Part shown: positions 56,178-64,000 of the stretch, piece after piece | Layout of the letters: every line of letters begins with the position of its first letter | Numbering within the stretch: position 1 is the stretch's first letter | Virus record (IMG/VR): IMGVR_UViG_3300029448_000010 | Coordinates: 19,931-83,930 of that record | Origin: a virus | Length of the DNA: 64,000 nt | Strand: one strand, 5' to 3' | Made by a program: the position numbers and the translations under genes | Notes under the pieces: model-generated | The model's input: the letters and a program-made list of their open reading frames with translations, nothing else | Databases searched by the model: none | Told to the model about the DNA's origin: nothing

Positions 56178-56528
56178 GTGGTTAAAGTTAAGTTAACTCC
56201 TAATTCAACAATTGGGCTACTAAACATAACACCTGACTTACAAATCACAAGAGAAAAAGAAGCAGAAGTTAGCGTTGTCTTTGCAATTAATTGCATTGGC
56301 GACCCTAACTATCTGTTTACTTTCTCTGAAGATGACCGTTTAGAATTGGAAAACGCTAATAGGCAACTATTAGACAGTGCTTCAATAGGCTTAGGTATAG
56401 AAAATCTATCGGCTAAAATGCTGACTGATACTCTTTTACCACCTAAAGTAGTACCTAAAAAGCGTTCACTACCAAAGACGACTAAGAAGGAATCCTCTAA
56501 GGCTTCCTCCAAGTCCTCTCTTGCGTGA
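56178..56528 (+). CDS. Hypothetical protein
   Basis: 116 aa, basic C-terminus. Confidence 0.6.
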   Translation: MVKVKLTPNSTIGLLNITPDLQITREKEAEVSVVFAINCIGDPNYLFTFSEDDRLELENANRQLLDSASIGLGIENLSAKMLTDTLLPPKVVPKKRSLPKTTKKESSKASSKSSLA

Positions 56529-56585
56529 TTTTAACCGGCAGTGTTAATAGAGAGGCGTAGCCTCCCTAAAACAGAAGGTGATGAT

Positions 56586-56885
56586 ATGACATTTGGTTGT
56601 AGGTCTAGCGGCGTATTAGGCGCAAGTAAATTAATTGTAACAGGTAAAACAAAGTTAGTTAGCATACATGCGGCTCTTTTTATTACCGGCGGAACAGCCG
56701 CAACGATTAATGTATATGACGGTTTGGATAATTCTGGCACTAAAATAGCCATGATTAAACATTCGACTAATGGATATTATAATTATGAATATGATATGCA
56801 CGGAGTTTTGTGCAATACAGGTCTATTCTTAGAAGTAATTGAAGCGGGTTCTTCCACTGTTGATGTTTCAGTGGAATTTGCTTGA
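56586..56885 (+). CDS. Putative structural beta-sandwich protein
   Basis: Likely start MTFG after GGTGA; INVYDG...GVLCNTGLFL. Confidence 0.55.
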   Translation: MTFGCRSSGVLGASKLIVTGKTKLVSIHAALFITGGTAATINVYDGLDNSGTKIAMIKHSTNGYYNYEYDMHGVLCNTGLFLEVIEAGSSTVDVSVEFA

Positions 56886-56895
56886 GGTGTTTAAT

Positions 56896-57288
56896 ATGGC
56901 AGTAATGAATCAAGATACTAGGTTAATTATGACGATTCTATTCGTTGGTACTGTTAGTGGAGCAAATGTTTATTTCTATGCTTCTTACGGTTCTAATTTC
57001 CCATACACTCAATTATCTCATGCTGTATTGTTTGGGCTAATCACAGTGGGCGGAATTATGGTTCTTAAAGCAGTGTTTGATTTAGCACTAAATGATAAGA
57101 TTGAAATTCGACTATTAGATAGACGAATAGCGGCTTATTGGGAACGAAAAAAGCGTGATGAGCAACAAAGACAAAGGCTCCAAGATACTATGAAACAGTA
57201 TCAAACTACATTTAATACTACACCATTAACCCCTGCGTATGAATCTGAAAATACGGTATCAAACCAATTTTTAGCAGAATTACAATGA
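56896..57288 (+). CDS. Two-TM membrane protein with coiled-coil tail
   Basis: Hydrophobic LIMTILFVGTVSGANVYFY and AVLFGLITVGGIMVLKAVF; likely start MAVM. Confidence 0.7.
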   Translation: MAVMNQDTRLIMTILFVGTVSGANVYFYASYGSNFPYTQLSHAVLFGLITVGGIMVLKAVFDLALNDKIEIRLLDRRIAAYWERKKRDEQQRQRLQDTMKQYQTTFNTTPLTPAYESENTVSNQFLAELQ

Positions 57289-57297
57289 GGTGATTAA

Positions 57298-57513
57298 GTG
57301 GTATTTGGCGACATAATGGGTTTTAGTGAATCCGACTATGTGTATAATCAAAGCAGGGCGCATTCTGCTGACATGTTTTTTATCAAGGCTAGATTTTGGT
57401 TTTGGGGAATAACTGCTACGGTTGCTGGTTTTTTAGCAGGTAATATAATGGGTGTCTTTGACATCAATATTATGGGTTGGATAGTAAATACAGTAAAGGA
57501 TTTATTTCATTGA
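57298..57513 (+). CDS. Small membrane protein
   Basis: FWFWGITATVAGFLAGNIMGVF TM segment. Confidence 0.65.
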   Translation: MVFGDIMGFSESDYVYNQSRAHSADMFFIKARFWFWGITATVAGFLAGNIMGVFDINIMGWIVNTVKDLFH

Positions 57514-57526
57514 TGTGGTGTTATGA

Positions 57527-58189
57527 ATGTCAATGATAGCAGGGTTCGCAGTAGTTGTAACGGAGGCTTGTATTGCTTTTTGGAAAAGAGTACATGCAAT
57601 TAATTTTGGTGTTTATGGGGCTACAATGGTTGGAAAAACAACATTAAGTTATCAAATGAGAACAAGGGGAGAAGTACAAACTATTCAAGAAAGAACAGTA
57701 GGCCTACATAGACCTACTAGAAAGGTTATTAAATTAGAAGGAGATGTGCATACCATTAGAAGTTCTGATATAGGGGGAGAAGCGATATATTGGAAAGAAT
57801 GGGCTAAAGATATGCAAGTTAGAAAACCTAAATATGTTATTTTTATGATAGACCATAGACATTTAGATAGTCCAGCCAATTTAGACCACCAAGTAGCATG
57901 GAAATTTTTAGTTGATATTATATTAAGTGATAGATGGCCGAGTGGTAAAAAGAAAAAAGATAAAGATTATCCTATGGCAATTGGTATTTGGGCTAATAAA
58001 TATGATATTTGGGGAGATAAATACAAGTCTAACCGTGAAATAGATAAGCATGAGATATTTGACCCATTTACTTATGGTATGAGAAAACTAAATGATAAAG
58101 GAATACCTACTTACAAATATATAGTTTCAGCAAAATCAGACCCCGAAATGGTGTATAGAGGAATCACTACAATGATAAAAGATTATTGA
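57527..58189 (+). CDS. Ras-superfamily (Arf/Sar-like) small GTPase
   Basis: G1 GATMVGKT, G2 RTVG, G3 DIGGE, G4 NKYD, G5 SAK; hydrophobic N-terminal helix. Confidence 0.85.
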   Translation: MSMIAGFAVVVTEACIAFWKRVHAINFGVYGATMVGKTTLSYQMRTRGEVQTIQERTVGLHRPTRKVIKLEGDVHTIRSSDIGGEAIYWKEWAKDMQVRKPKYVIFMIDHRHLDSPANLDHQVAWKFLVDIILSDRWPSGKKKKDKDYPMAIGIWANKYDIWGDKYKSNREIDKHEIFDPFTYGMRKLNDKGIPTYKYIVSAKSDPEMVYRGITTMIKDY

Positions 58190-58198
58190 GGAATTAAA

Positions 58199-58870
58199 AT
58201 GTATCAACAACCGAACTTAATAGGAACTAATGTTCCAATAACACCAAATCAAAGCAACCCAAGTCAAATGCAATCATTTTCTTTGAATAAATTTTTACCT
58301 AAATTACAACAATTTAGAGCCGCAGGGAATATATCAGAATATAGTTATGATAGTATTAAACCTAAAAAGAAACTAAAAGAAATTAAAAAGATTTTATATC
58401 CTGAAAAGAAAAGTTTTCTAAAAATTAAATATGGATTTAAGTTTAATTTTAAAGACATATGTGTTGTTTGTGGGACTCATCATGTTTGGGAATCAGGAGA
58501 CTTTTTGAGGCCACCTATACCTTTAGATAAAGTAACTAAAGGTAGGCCACTAAGAGGAACCTATTGTCAAAAACATGCAGGTATTCATAAGCAAATGGAA
58601 ATGCTTCAACAGCAGATTTTAGCAGAAGAACATGGGTTAGATTTTAAGGCATTTATCCCAAAGGCAAGAATGCCGAAGATGCTATCAAGGTCAGGGCCGT
58701 TAACTACCTTAACAAAAGAAGAGGTAATGACGCTTACGGCGGGGGGATGGTTTATTAAGCCACCCACCATCACAGACAATGAGACTACTATGGCTGAAAT
58801 AGTCAGATTAGTAGCGGAAATAGGTTTAACTACCGAAAGATTGAATTTTTTAATAGGTAAGGAGGAATGA
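58199..58870 (+). CDS. Hypothetical Zn-binding protein
   Basis: CVVCG...YCQKH. Confidence 0.65.
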   Translation: MYQQPNLIGTNVPITPNQSNPSQMQSFSLNKFLPKLQQFRAAGNISEYSYDSIKPKKKLKEIKKILYPEKKSFLKIKYGFKFNFKDICVVCGTHHVWESGDFLRPPIPLDKVTKGRPLRGTYCQKHAGIHKQMEMLQQQILAEEHGLDFKAFIPKARMPKMLSRSGPLTTLTKEEVMTLTAGGWFIKPPTITDNETTMAEIVRLVAEIGLTTERLNFLIGKEE

Positions 58871-59532
58871 ATATGGGATTTTTAGGAACAAGTAATGGAA
58901 CAGTAATGAATGCGGTTAATGCACAAAGCGACCAGCAGTTTAAGAATGTAAGTAACTTACTTTCTTTGCAAGAGAACCATGTCGAGGAATTTTTTCAGTA
59001 TCATGGAAAAGAGTTTTTATCGGCTATGGAAAAACTAATAGAAGATGTTGTGGAAAGAGCAGTTAGTCAGATGCTAACTAAGTTAGTATTCGTACAAGAC
59101 TCCACTAGCGGGACTATGAAATTGCAATCAGGTTCTTTATCTGAATTTGAGAAAATTACTCAAGAAAACATTGAGTTAGATTTAACAAGACTATTAGATT
59201 CAGCAATTAATTCAGAAGTAATTAATCAAAGAAAAATGGCTAAACAACAATACTTAGAATCTCAAGGATTTTCTTCTCCGCAGGGAGGTCAACAAGTTGG
59301 AGTAGGTTTGGCAGTAGCGGGATTAACCGGACAAACGCAACAGTTCCAACAAATGCAAAACGCTACCAATAACGGCAGTGGTTATCCTATTCCACCAAAC
59401 GGTACAGACGGATATGGTAGGCCATATTGGTTAGATGCTCAAGGTAATATGACACTTGAGCCACCATCTTCGGGATTAGGTCTAGGAGGCGCAATTCAAA
59501 AAGGTGCGGCTTGGGCTAAATGGTTAATGTGA
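58867..59532 (+). CDS. Hypothetical protein (Q/G-rich C-terminus)
   Basis: 221 aa; amphipathic C-terminus GAAWAKWLM. Confidence 0.65.
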   Translation: MNMGFLGTSNGTVMNAVNAQSDQQFKNVSNLLSLQENHVEEFFQYHGKEFLSAMEKLIEDVVERAVSQMLTKLVFVQDSTSGTMKLQSGSLSEFEKITQENIELDLTRLLDSAINSEVINQRKMAKQQYLESQGFSSPQGGQQVGVGLAVAGLTGQTQQFQQMQNATNNGSGYPIPPNGTDGYGRPYWLDAQGNMTLEPPSSGLGLGGAIQKGAAWAKWLM

Positions 59533-59542
59533 TGGTGATTAA

Positions 59543-61408
59543 GTGGAAATAATTTACAGTGGTGCTGGCGGTTCAGCCGTCGAATGGACTACTGATTATG
59601 CTAGTAATCAAATGCAGTATTATATTTTTAGTAAATACATAGATTCTAGAAAGAAGGATTTGAATGATATTAATAGATATATCGAAGCCATTCCTAAACT
59701 AAATGAAGAATTTGATGCTGATAAATTTAGACAAATAACTACAAAAGCATTTAATGATATTAAATCAAAAAAGATTAGTCAGTTATCTGTATTAAATGAT
59801 TTTAGTAATAAATTTTATTTTAAAGAGTTAGTCGAAAATTATACCATTGAAGAACTATCTAGAGATAAGACACTAGATAAAATAACAAGAGAAACTGCTA
59901 GGGTTGACTTTTCTGATGAAATAGAAGATGGATGGACTAACGATTTTAATAGTTACTTTAACACTTTATGGGAAACTAAAAAGACTGAAAAAGACCAAAA
60001 AAGTAAAGAACAAGTAATGCCTGTAAAGGAAACAAAAACCAAGACAGGTCGAAAAACTAGAAGAGTTATTATTCTAGATGAACAGGAGTTAAAACCTGAA
60101 TTGCCAAATAAAGGCGCACCTAAGAATAAACTTGAAAAACTAAGTGACTTAGGTTTTGATTGGATTTATGGTCAAACGATGAGTCAGGATATTAATTTAA
60201 AAGACACTAAGGTAGGTCATGAAGATGTTATGCGATTCGGTAAAGAAGGAAGACCAGCACAGATTATTGATGCTGATTTAATGCAATCATTCGATAAGTT
60301 CTATAATAGGGCTAAAAGAGAAAAAGGAACAGGGGCTACTGCTCCTAAAAAAGTATTTGATTTACCTTTTGTTTTTACAAGGACTCTCTATTTCATAGAA
60401 GAAATCAAAGAAGATTTAGATAATTGGTTAAAGACTTGGGAAAGTTCTAAAGGCATGAAATTGTCTGATAAGGAAAAGGAAAAGAAAAAGAAAATAGATA
60501 GGTACTACAAGTTAACTAAACCCATACGAGAAGAAATGAAAAAAGAAATGGAAGTATATGACGAAGTTGACAAAGAGTTTGATGCCATAGAAAATAAAAT
60601 AAAAAAGGGCATTCTTCTTAGTGAAGAGGAATTGACTAGAATAGATAAAATTAAAATTACAGAAAAACCCATAGTGAGATTAGATTTAGAAGAAGATGAA
60701 GAAGATGAAGAAGATGAAGAAGATGAAGAAGAATCTGATGAAGTCCAAGCAACTGAAAGATATGTTGAAACCGACGAAAAGATAGTATTTAGTGAAGAAT
60801 ACGAAGCCAATAAAGAAAATTTAAAGGATGAAAAGGTTATAAAACATTTACTTGAAACCTTTTCTTATGCTACATCAGCCTATGATGATATAATCGAAGA
60901 TAAGTGGAAAGGTTGGTTAGAGCAATACCAAAAATTAGGCAAACAATTATTTAAAGAGTTTGAAGCCAAATTAGGTATAAAAAGAGAAAAAACCACTTTA
61001 AGTTCCGCCGATGAAAAAAAGGCATGGTCTAATCCTAAAAGTTTTATAAAAACAAATAAAGGCATAATTAGAGCCTTAAATGATTTAAAAACATTATACA
61101 CAATAAAGTTAGTAGTAACAGAAACGATTACTAAAGATAAAGAAGGAAAGGAAAAGCCACCCAAATATACAGTCAATACCTTTATGTTAACTGCAAAACA
61201 AGAGTTAGTTCCTCCTATTGTTCCAAAAGGAAAGGGTGGAGGAAGTGAAGCCTCTCCTTTTAAGCAAAGACCGTCAATTCCTCATATTAGGGGAGAAGGT
61301 TCTCCTTTATCTGGGTTTGATAAAGAACCTTATGAAGTTAGCAGAGATATTAATTTATTCGCTAAAAGAATAAATAAAAAATTAAAGCAATTAAATATGG
61401 TGATTTGA
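59543..61408 (+). CDS. Large charged hypothetical protein
   Basis: 621 aa with an (EED)n tract at about 60689-60733. Confidence 0.65.
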   Translation: MEIIYSGAGGSAVEWTTDYASNQMQYYIFSKYIDSRKKDLNDINRYIEAIPKLNEEFDADKFRQITTKAFNDIKSKKISQLSVLNDFSNKFYFKELVENYTIEELSRDKTLDKITRETARVDFSDEIEDGWTNDFNSYFNTLWETKKTEKDQKSKEQVMPVKETKTKTGRKTRRVIILDEQELKPELPNKGAPKNKLEKLSDLGFDWIYGQTMSQDINLKDTKVGHEDVMRFGKEGRPAQIIDADLMQSFDKFYNRAKREKGTGATAPKKVFDLPFVFTRTLYFIEEIKEDLDNWLKTWESSKGMKLSDKEKEKKKKIDRYYKLTKPIREEMKKEMEVYDEVDKEFDAIENKIKKGILLSEEELTRIDKIKITEKPIVRLDLEEDEEDEEDEEDEEESDEVQATERYVETDEKIVFSEEYEANKENLKDEKVIKHLLETFSYATSAYDDIIEDKWKGWLEQYQKLGKQLFKEFEAKLGIKREKTTLSSADEKKAWSNPKSFIKTNKGIIRALNDLKTLYTIKLVVTETITKDKEGKEKPPKYTVNTFMLTAKQELVPPIVPKGKGGGSEASPFKQRPSIPHIRGEGSPLSGFDKEPYEVSRDINLFAKRINKKLKQLNMVI

Positions 61409-61409
61409 A

Positions 61410-62528
61410 ATGCCGATAGCATCCTCCCCAAGTGACTATACCGCAATTGATGTTGATTACTCAACAGGAAAAGGTTTCTATACAGACAAAGATGCAGTAT
61501 CGGACTTACTACAAGTACCTGCATTTTCATCATCGACTTATCCTAGTCAAGCACAAGTAGGTTCAATAATAAAAACTATTGAAGGTCTAGTTGACGAAAA
61601 GGTAAAGCGTTCATTTAGACCTATCATATGGAAAAATGAATATCATAATTTTGAATTTATTCGCCATCCTATGCAATCTTATTATGGAGGATATGTAGGT
61701 TTTATTCAATTAGACACTCTAAAAGTTAAAAAGATTATTTCACTAAAGGTATGGCAAGGAAATCAATATCAAGAATTGGCTTCCGCTTCGGCATCTATTA
61801 GTTTGAATACAACAGGCTATAATAGCCTAAGAAGTATAACTTTACAATTACCTAATAGTGGTGAATCATGGGTGCTTTATCATCATGCAGAAGGGAGTTT
61901 AGCCTCACACAATACATTCCATAATGGGTTCGGTTCTAAGACAACAGCAAAAGAAATCTGTCATTTAATCAATGAAGAATACCCTGCTAACACTGCACAA
62001 TTTACAGGTGCTACAAGAGATAAAGTATTGTCTTCTTCTCCTAATAGCCTAAACATAAGTGATTTCTTTTATGCAAGCATAGACCCCGATGATGGTAATA
62101 AAATAAACATTTCTAGCCTTTTATCGGGTGAGGATGGCTCGTATTGTACTATCACAACAGCAGATAAAGCGGGTCAGACATCAAATACTACTACAACTCC
62201 GTTCACTGATATGCAAGATATGAAGAGACTTGGTTCCTTTTGGTCTATTGGTGATGAAGGTCGAATCTTTTTCCTTAGAGATTATCCTTATCATACTCAA
62301 AATTCAATCATAGTTACTTATATTGCAGGTGATGGGAGAGTACCTTCATTAATTCACAAAGCAACAACTATGTTAGTAGCGGCTGAATTGTTACGACATG
62401 ATGACCAAACCATTCTTATTGCTGAAACAGGCGGTAATATATCAACTAAAGAAAAATATGATATATTAGTTAAAGAAGCCAATGCTTTAATTAAAGGTAA
62501 AGGGGATATGGTATTCCTTATTGATTAG
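61410..62528 (+). CDS. Putative head-tail adaptor protein
   Basis: N-terminal FYTD..AV..LL and C-terminal VTYIAG..RVP..I.KATTMLVAA pattern of gp6/gp15-like adaptors. Confidence 0.65.
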   Translation: MPIASSPSDYTAIDVDYSTGKGFYTDKDAVSDLLQVPAFSSSTYPSQAQVGSIIKTIEGLVDEKVKRSFRPIIWKNEYHNFEFIRHPMQSYYGGYVGFIQLDTLKVKKIISLKVWQGNQYQELASASASISLNTTGYNSLRSITLQLPNSGESWVLYHHAEGSLASHNTFHNGFGSKTTAKEICHLINEEYPANTAQFTGATRDKVLSSSPNSLNISDFFYASIDPDDGNKINISSLLSGEDGSYCTITTADKAGQTSNTTTTPFTDMQDMKRLGSFWSIGDEGRIFFLRDYPYHTQNSIIVTYIAGDGRVPSLIHKATTMLVAAELLRHDDQTILIAETGGNISTKEKYDILVKEANALIKGKGDMVFLID

Positions 62529-62536
62529 GTGTTAGT

Positions 62537-62794
62537 ATGAATATTGATGCTTCGATAAGAGGATTTAGAAAATATCTTGATATTGAAAAAGAAAGACAAA
62601 AAGGAATGAAAGAATTATCTGAATTGTTAGGAATGGACTTTACTTTTAGTGATGAAGAAATGATTAGGAATGCAGAAAGTAATTTTTCTAAAGCGATTGC
62701 AAAGGAAATACAGAAGGAAATAAAATCCGCTATCAATAATATGAATAAAATAGGTTCAATCGGTACTGCTAAAAAAATAAACCCACCATACTAA
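62537..62794 (+). CDS. Hypothetical protein
   Basis: 85-aa ORF in the neck region. Confidence 0.55.
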   Translation: MNIDASIRGFRKYLDIEKERQKGMKELSELLGMDFTFSDEEMIRNAESNFSKAIAKEIQKEIKSAINNMNKIGSIGTAKKINPPY

Positions 62795-62806
62795 GGAGAA
62801 ATAATT

Positions 62807-63316
62807 ATGGATGAAGTATCTTTGCTAATAGATTTAGTAAGTAGTAAGTGGTCTTCTTCTGTTAGTACTTTACAAAGTGCAGGGACTATTTCAGCAGACC
62901 ACGCAGGTACTCCTAATTTTGTTGATGTAAGAACATTACAAAAAAATAAAGGGGTAAGGTATGATTTGACCGCTAAAGATGTAATTATCTTTTTTGAAGA
63001 TGGTCAGAATCTAGAATATCCTACGGTTCACTTTGATGTGAGAAATGAAACCTATACATTCACAATGCACATACGCACGATTCACGATGAAAGAGCCGGA
63101 ACGGATGCTGATTTTGGAAAAGATAGGCTAAGGGCTTTATACTTGATTGCTCGTCATGCACTTGAACGGGGGCGTACTGGCTACACTGCAAGTGACGGCT
63201 CTAAGTTTAATCAAATATTTGTTGGTTCTAGAAATGAAAGTAATGACCGTTCAAAAAGATTATTTGGATATAAAATGAGCATAGAAGCAAAAAGATTCGC
63301 ATTAACACTCCCTTAG
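62807..63316 (+). CDS. Putative tail completion/terminator protein
   Basis: 169 aa; size and position between adaptor and tail tube. Confidence 0.5.
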   Translation: MDEVSLLIDLVSSKWSSSVSTLQSAGTISADHAGTPNFVDVRTLQKNKGVRYDLTAKDVIIFFEDGQNLEYPTVHFDVRNETYTFTMHIRTIHDERAGTDADFGKDRLRALYLIARHALERGRTGYTASDGSKFNQIFVGSRNESNDRSKRLFGYKMSIEAKRFALTLP

Positions 63317-63345
63317 TAAGTTTGTAAAGGAAAGGAGAGATTAAC

Positions 63346-64000
63346 ATGACAGATAGTGGTATATTTTTAGGTAGCGGCGCATCAATGACTTTTGTTCCAG
63401 AGGTGGACTTTTATTTCCAACCTGAGACAACTAGCACAACTCAAATTCAATTTTTACAATCAACATTGGCTCAGTTTCAATTAGTTGATAATATGTATGT
63501 TGGTTGTACTATTGATTGGTACGATAACGGGGTTTATACTTCTTCTCACACTGTTACTTCTAACGACAATGATACCTTTACTATTACACCTGCTACGGGT
63601 ACGGCGGTGGTTATTGCAGAAGATTCATTCGTATTAAGAGGATATGGCGCACCATGCCCTGCTCCTGATTCAGACGATGATGGAACAGGTAAAACAAGGC
63701 TTCATGCTGACAATTGGCTTGGATTAGTTGAAACTGCGGCATTCCCTAATATTGAAGTTGAAATGAAACAATTAAATCTTTCTCTCGGTGGTACAAGAAA
63801 CTTTACTCATCAATACAAAGGTATTGAAACTGCTTCTGGCGGTAACTTGGCTTTGATGTGTAATCAAGTAACTTGGCTTTATTATGCTTTAGGTAAATGT
63901 GCTGAAATAACTCCGGCATCGACAAGTACTTCTAACCACCCAACAAATTACCATACAGGAACTAACGCCCATAAATTATACATTGATGACGGGGCCACCG
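63346..64000 (+). CDS. Partial CDS, putative major tail (tube) protein
   Basis: Not in the track (no stop in window); MTDSGIFLGSGASMTFVPE...WLGLVE...GIETASGG...TWLYYALG; GGAG SD. Confidence 0.55.
   Translation, partial: MTDSGIFLGSGASMTFVPEVDFYFQPETTSTTQIQFLQSTLAQFQLVDNMYVGCTIDWYDNGVYTSSHTVTSNDNDTFTITPATGTAVVIAEDSFVLRGYGAPCPAPDSDDDGTGKTRLHADNWLGLVETAAFPNIEVEMKQLNLSLGGTRNFTHQYKGIETASGGNLALMCNQVTWLYYALGKCAEITPASTSTSNHPTNYHTGTNAHKLYIDDGAT

Noticed and set aside
60689-60733. (GAAGAAGAT)n repeat as a functional DNA element
   Set aside because: Explained as an in-frame acidic low-complexity tract.
1-64000. Canonical tRNA/rRNA genes, inteins in RNR or terminase, integrase
   Set aside because: No GTTCRA T-loop cloverleaf seen by eye; RNR and TerL have normal lengths without intein motifs; no recombinase motifs. 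A tRNAscan-SE run is needed to be sure.

Overview
This is a 64-kb internal segment of a lytic-type head-tail dsDNA virus (Caudoviricetes, HK97-type head module). It almost certainly infects an archaeon: it encodes a TFB, uses GGTGA-type Shine-Dalgarno motifs and has TATA-box promoters. Gene content resembles the 'magroviruses' of Marine Group II Euryarchaeota/Poseidoniales (inference from recall, no search run). There are three parts. (1) About 1-21.5 kb, minus strand: replication, metabolism and host-takeover genes, including an ATP-dependent ligase, GroEL/GroES-like pair, class II RNR, UvrD helicase, MazG-like pyrophosphatase, DenV-like glycosylase, TFB, a PC4-like protein, two candidate histone folds, and a dispersed candidate ubiquitin-like conjugation set (Ubl-GG, E1/ThiF, possible E2, JAB). 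(2) About 21.5-26.9 kb: a repeat-rich AT tract, then an array of self-contained minus-strand transcription cassettes separated by a conserved CAAAG-N5-ACCATATGGT...CTTTG palindrome. Several cassette RNAs can fold into long stems ending in (N)CCA. (3) About 26.9-64 kb, plus strand: morphogenesis genes (terminase, portal, second ligase, protease/scaffold, capsid, Arf-like GTPase with membrane proteins, head-tail and tail genes). About 21 unrelated ORFs here carry the same N-terminal peptide M-x-W-x-x-[IVL]-[ILV]-K, which matches the scaffold C-terminus (MDWSDIHK) and suggests a capsid cargo-loading tag. All family calls come from reading motifs by eye.
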